Below, one piece after another: positions 63,028 through 64,000 of a stretch of 64,000 bases of DNA. The position numbers were made by a program, and so were the translations under genes. Within the stretch, counting starts at the first letter, position 1. Each line of letters starts with the position of its first letter. The notes under the pieces are model-generated. The model did not search any database, was not told where the DNA came from, and saw only the letters and a list, made by a program, of their open reading frames with translations. Source of the DNA: Octopus bimaculoides (Eukaryota); assembly GCF_001194135.2 (NCBI RefSeq), contig NC_068984.1, forward strand, positions 23,607,616-23,671,615, read 5' to 3'.

Positions 63028-63469
63028 GTAATACAATGTAATGTGTGTATATATATGTATATATTATACACATATATATACACATTACCTTATATTGCAT
63101 ATATATGTACACACACACACACATATATATATACGTATGTATACACATATATATATCAATATATACATACGTTACTTTATATTACATATACATAACAATA
63201 TATATATGCATATATTCTTTTATATGTTTCAGCCCTAAGGTTGTGACCATGCTGGGGCACGTGCGCGCACGCACACACACACACACACACACATACATAC
63301 ACACACAGAACTTTCAGAATAAGAGAACAGGAAATAATGATATTCTGAAAGACACATGTCCTCAACCGCTTAGACTACTGCTCCCAACTATGGTCACCAC
63401 TCAATATAAAATTAACAGCAAAGTTTTAAGCAATCTAGCGAAGCTACACAAAGAAAATCATCTCAGGGC

Positions 63470-63975
63470 AACATGTCAACTACTGAGAAAGGCTAAAAAA
63501 GTTAAGACTCTACTCCCTAGAATAAAAGTTGGAAAGATATGCAGTGATATATATCTGGCAAATCGAGGAAGGACTTGCATTAAACTTTGGCATTGAAAGT
63601 TACACAAACAGCAGAACAGGATACTACTGCATAGTGCCAAAGATCCCAACATCACCATCAAGATATAGGACCAGATACTGTTACAGTTTGGGTTTCGAGG
63701 GCCCACAGCTCTTCAGTATCCTTCCAAAAAGCCTGAGAGGCCGGCATGGTGTGGCTGTAGGTGTCTTGAAAACAAAATTGGATCTCCTCCTGTCAAGGAT
63801 TCCAGATAAGCCTACCTCACAGCAGGAAACACAGATGGGGATCACAGTATTAAACTCCCTCATTCACTAAAAACCACATTTCTGAGAAAGTTTCGAATAG
63901 TGAAGATGTGGCAAAGCCAACAGTGATGCCTCAGCATAATAGCAGCAGTTACCAAGCTGAAACTAGTTAAAAGTT
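63470..63975 (+). mobile_element. CR1-clade LINE 3' end fragment
   Basis: ERLKKLRLYSLE*...ERYAVIYIWQI...GPQLFSILPKSLR...KTKLDLLLSRIPDKP...NSLIH, ending in (TA)n. Confidence 0.8.
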
Positions 63976-64000
63976 TATATATATATATATATATATATAT

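Overview
AT-rich animal genomic DNA from a gappy scaffold assembly. The repeats look Octopus-like, which is an inference from memory, not a database result. One large minus-strand gene fills the window: BPTF/NURF301, the large subunit of the NURF chromatin remodeller. I assembled 19 coding exons by hand from the ATG at 61227 down to 1281. All introns are GT-AG and all phases are consistent, giving 8864 nt or about 2954 aa. The protein has an AT-hook, DDT, WHIM1, PHD1, WHIM2/WSD region, a long Thr/Ala-rich middle region, a coiled coil, PHD2 and the start of PHD3. The rest of PHD3 and the bromodomain must lie beyond the left edge. Introns contain several SINE families, relics of several non-LTR clades (RTE, R4/Dong-like, CRE-like, CR1/Jockey-like), a DD37D Tc1/mariner derivative and microsatellites. 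The most notable items are: three hammerhead-ribozyme-like motifs; a 25-copy 36-bp coding minisatellite inside exon 10; a symmetric PHD cassette exon; two long near-perfect intronic inverted repeats; uORFs on a YY1 motif in the leader; and a candidate first exon of a divergently transcribed gene. Repeat coordinates are approximate; exon coordinates were read to the base.
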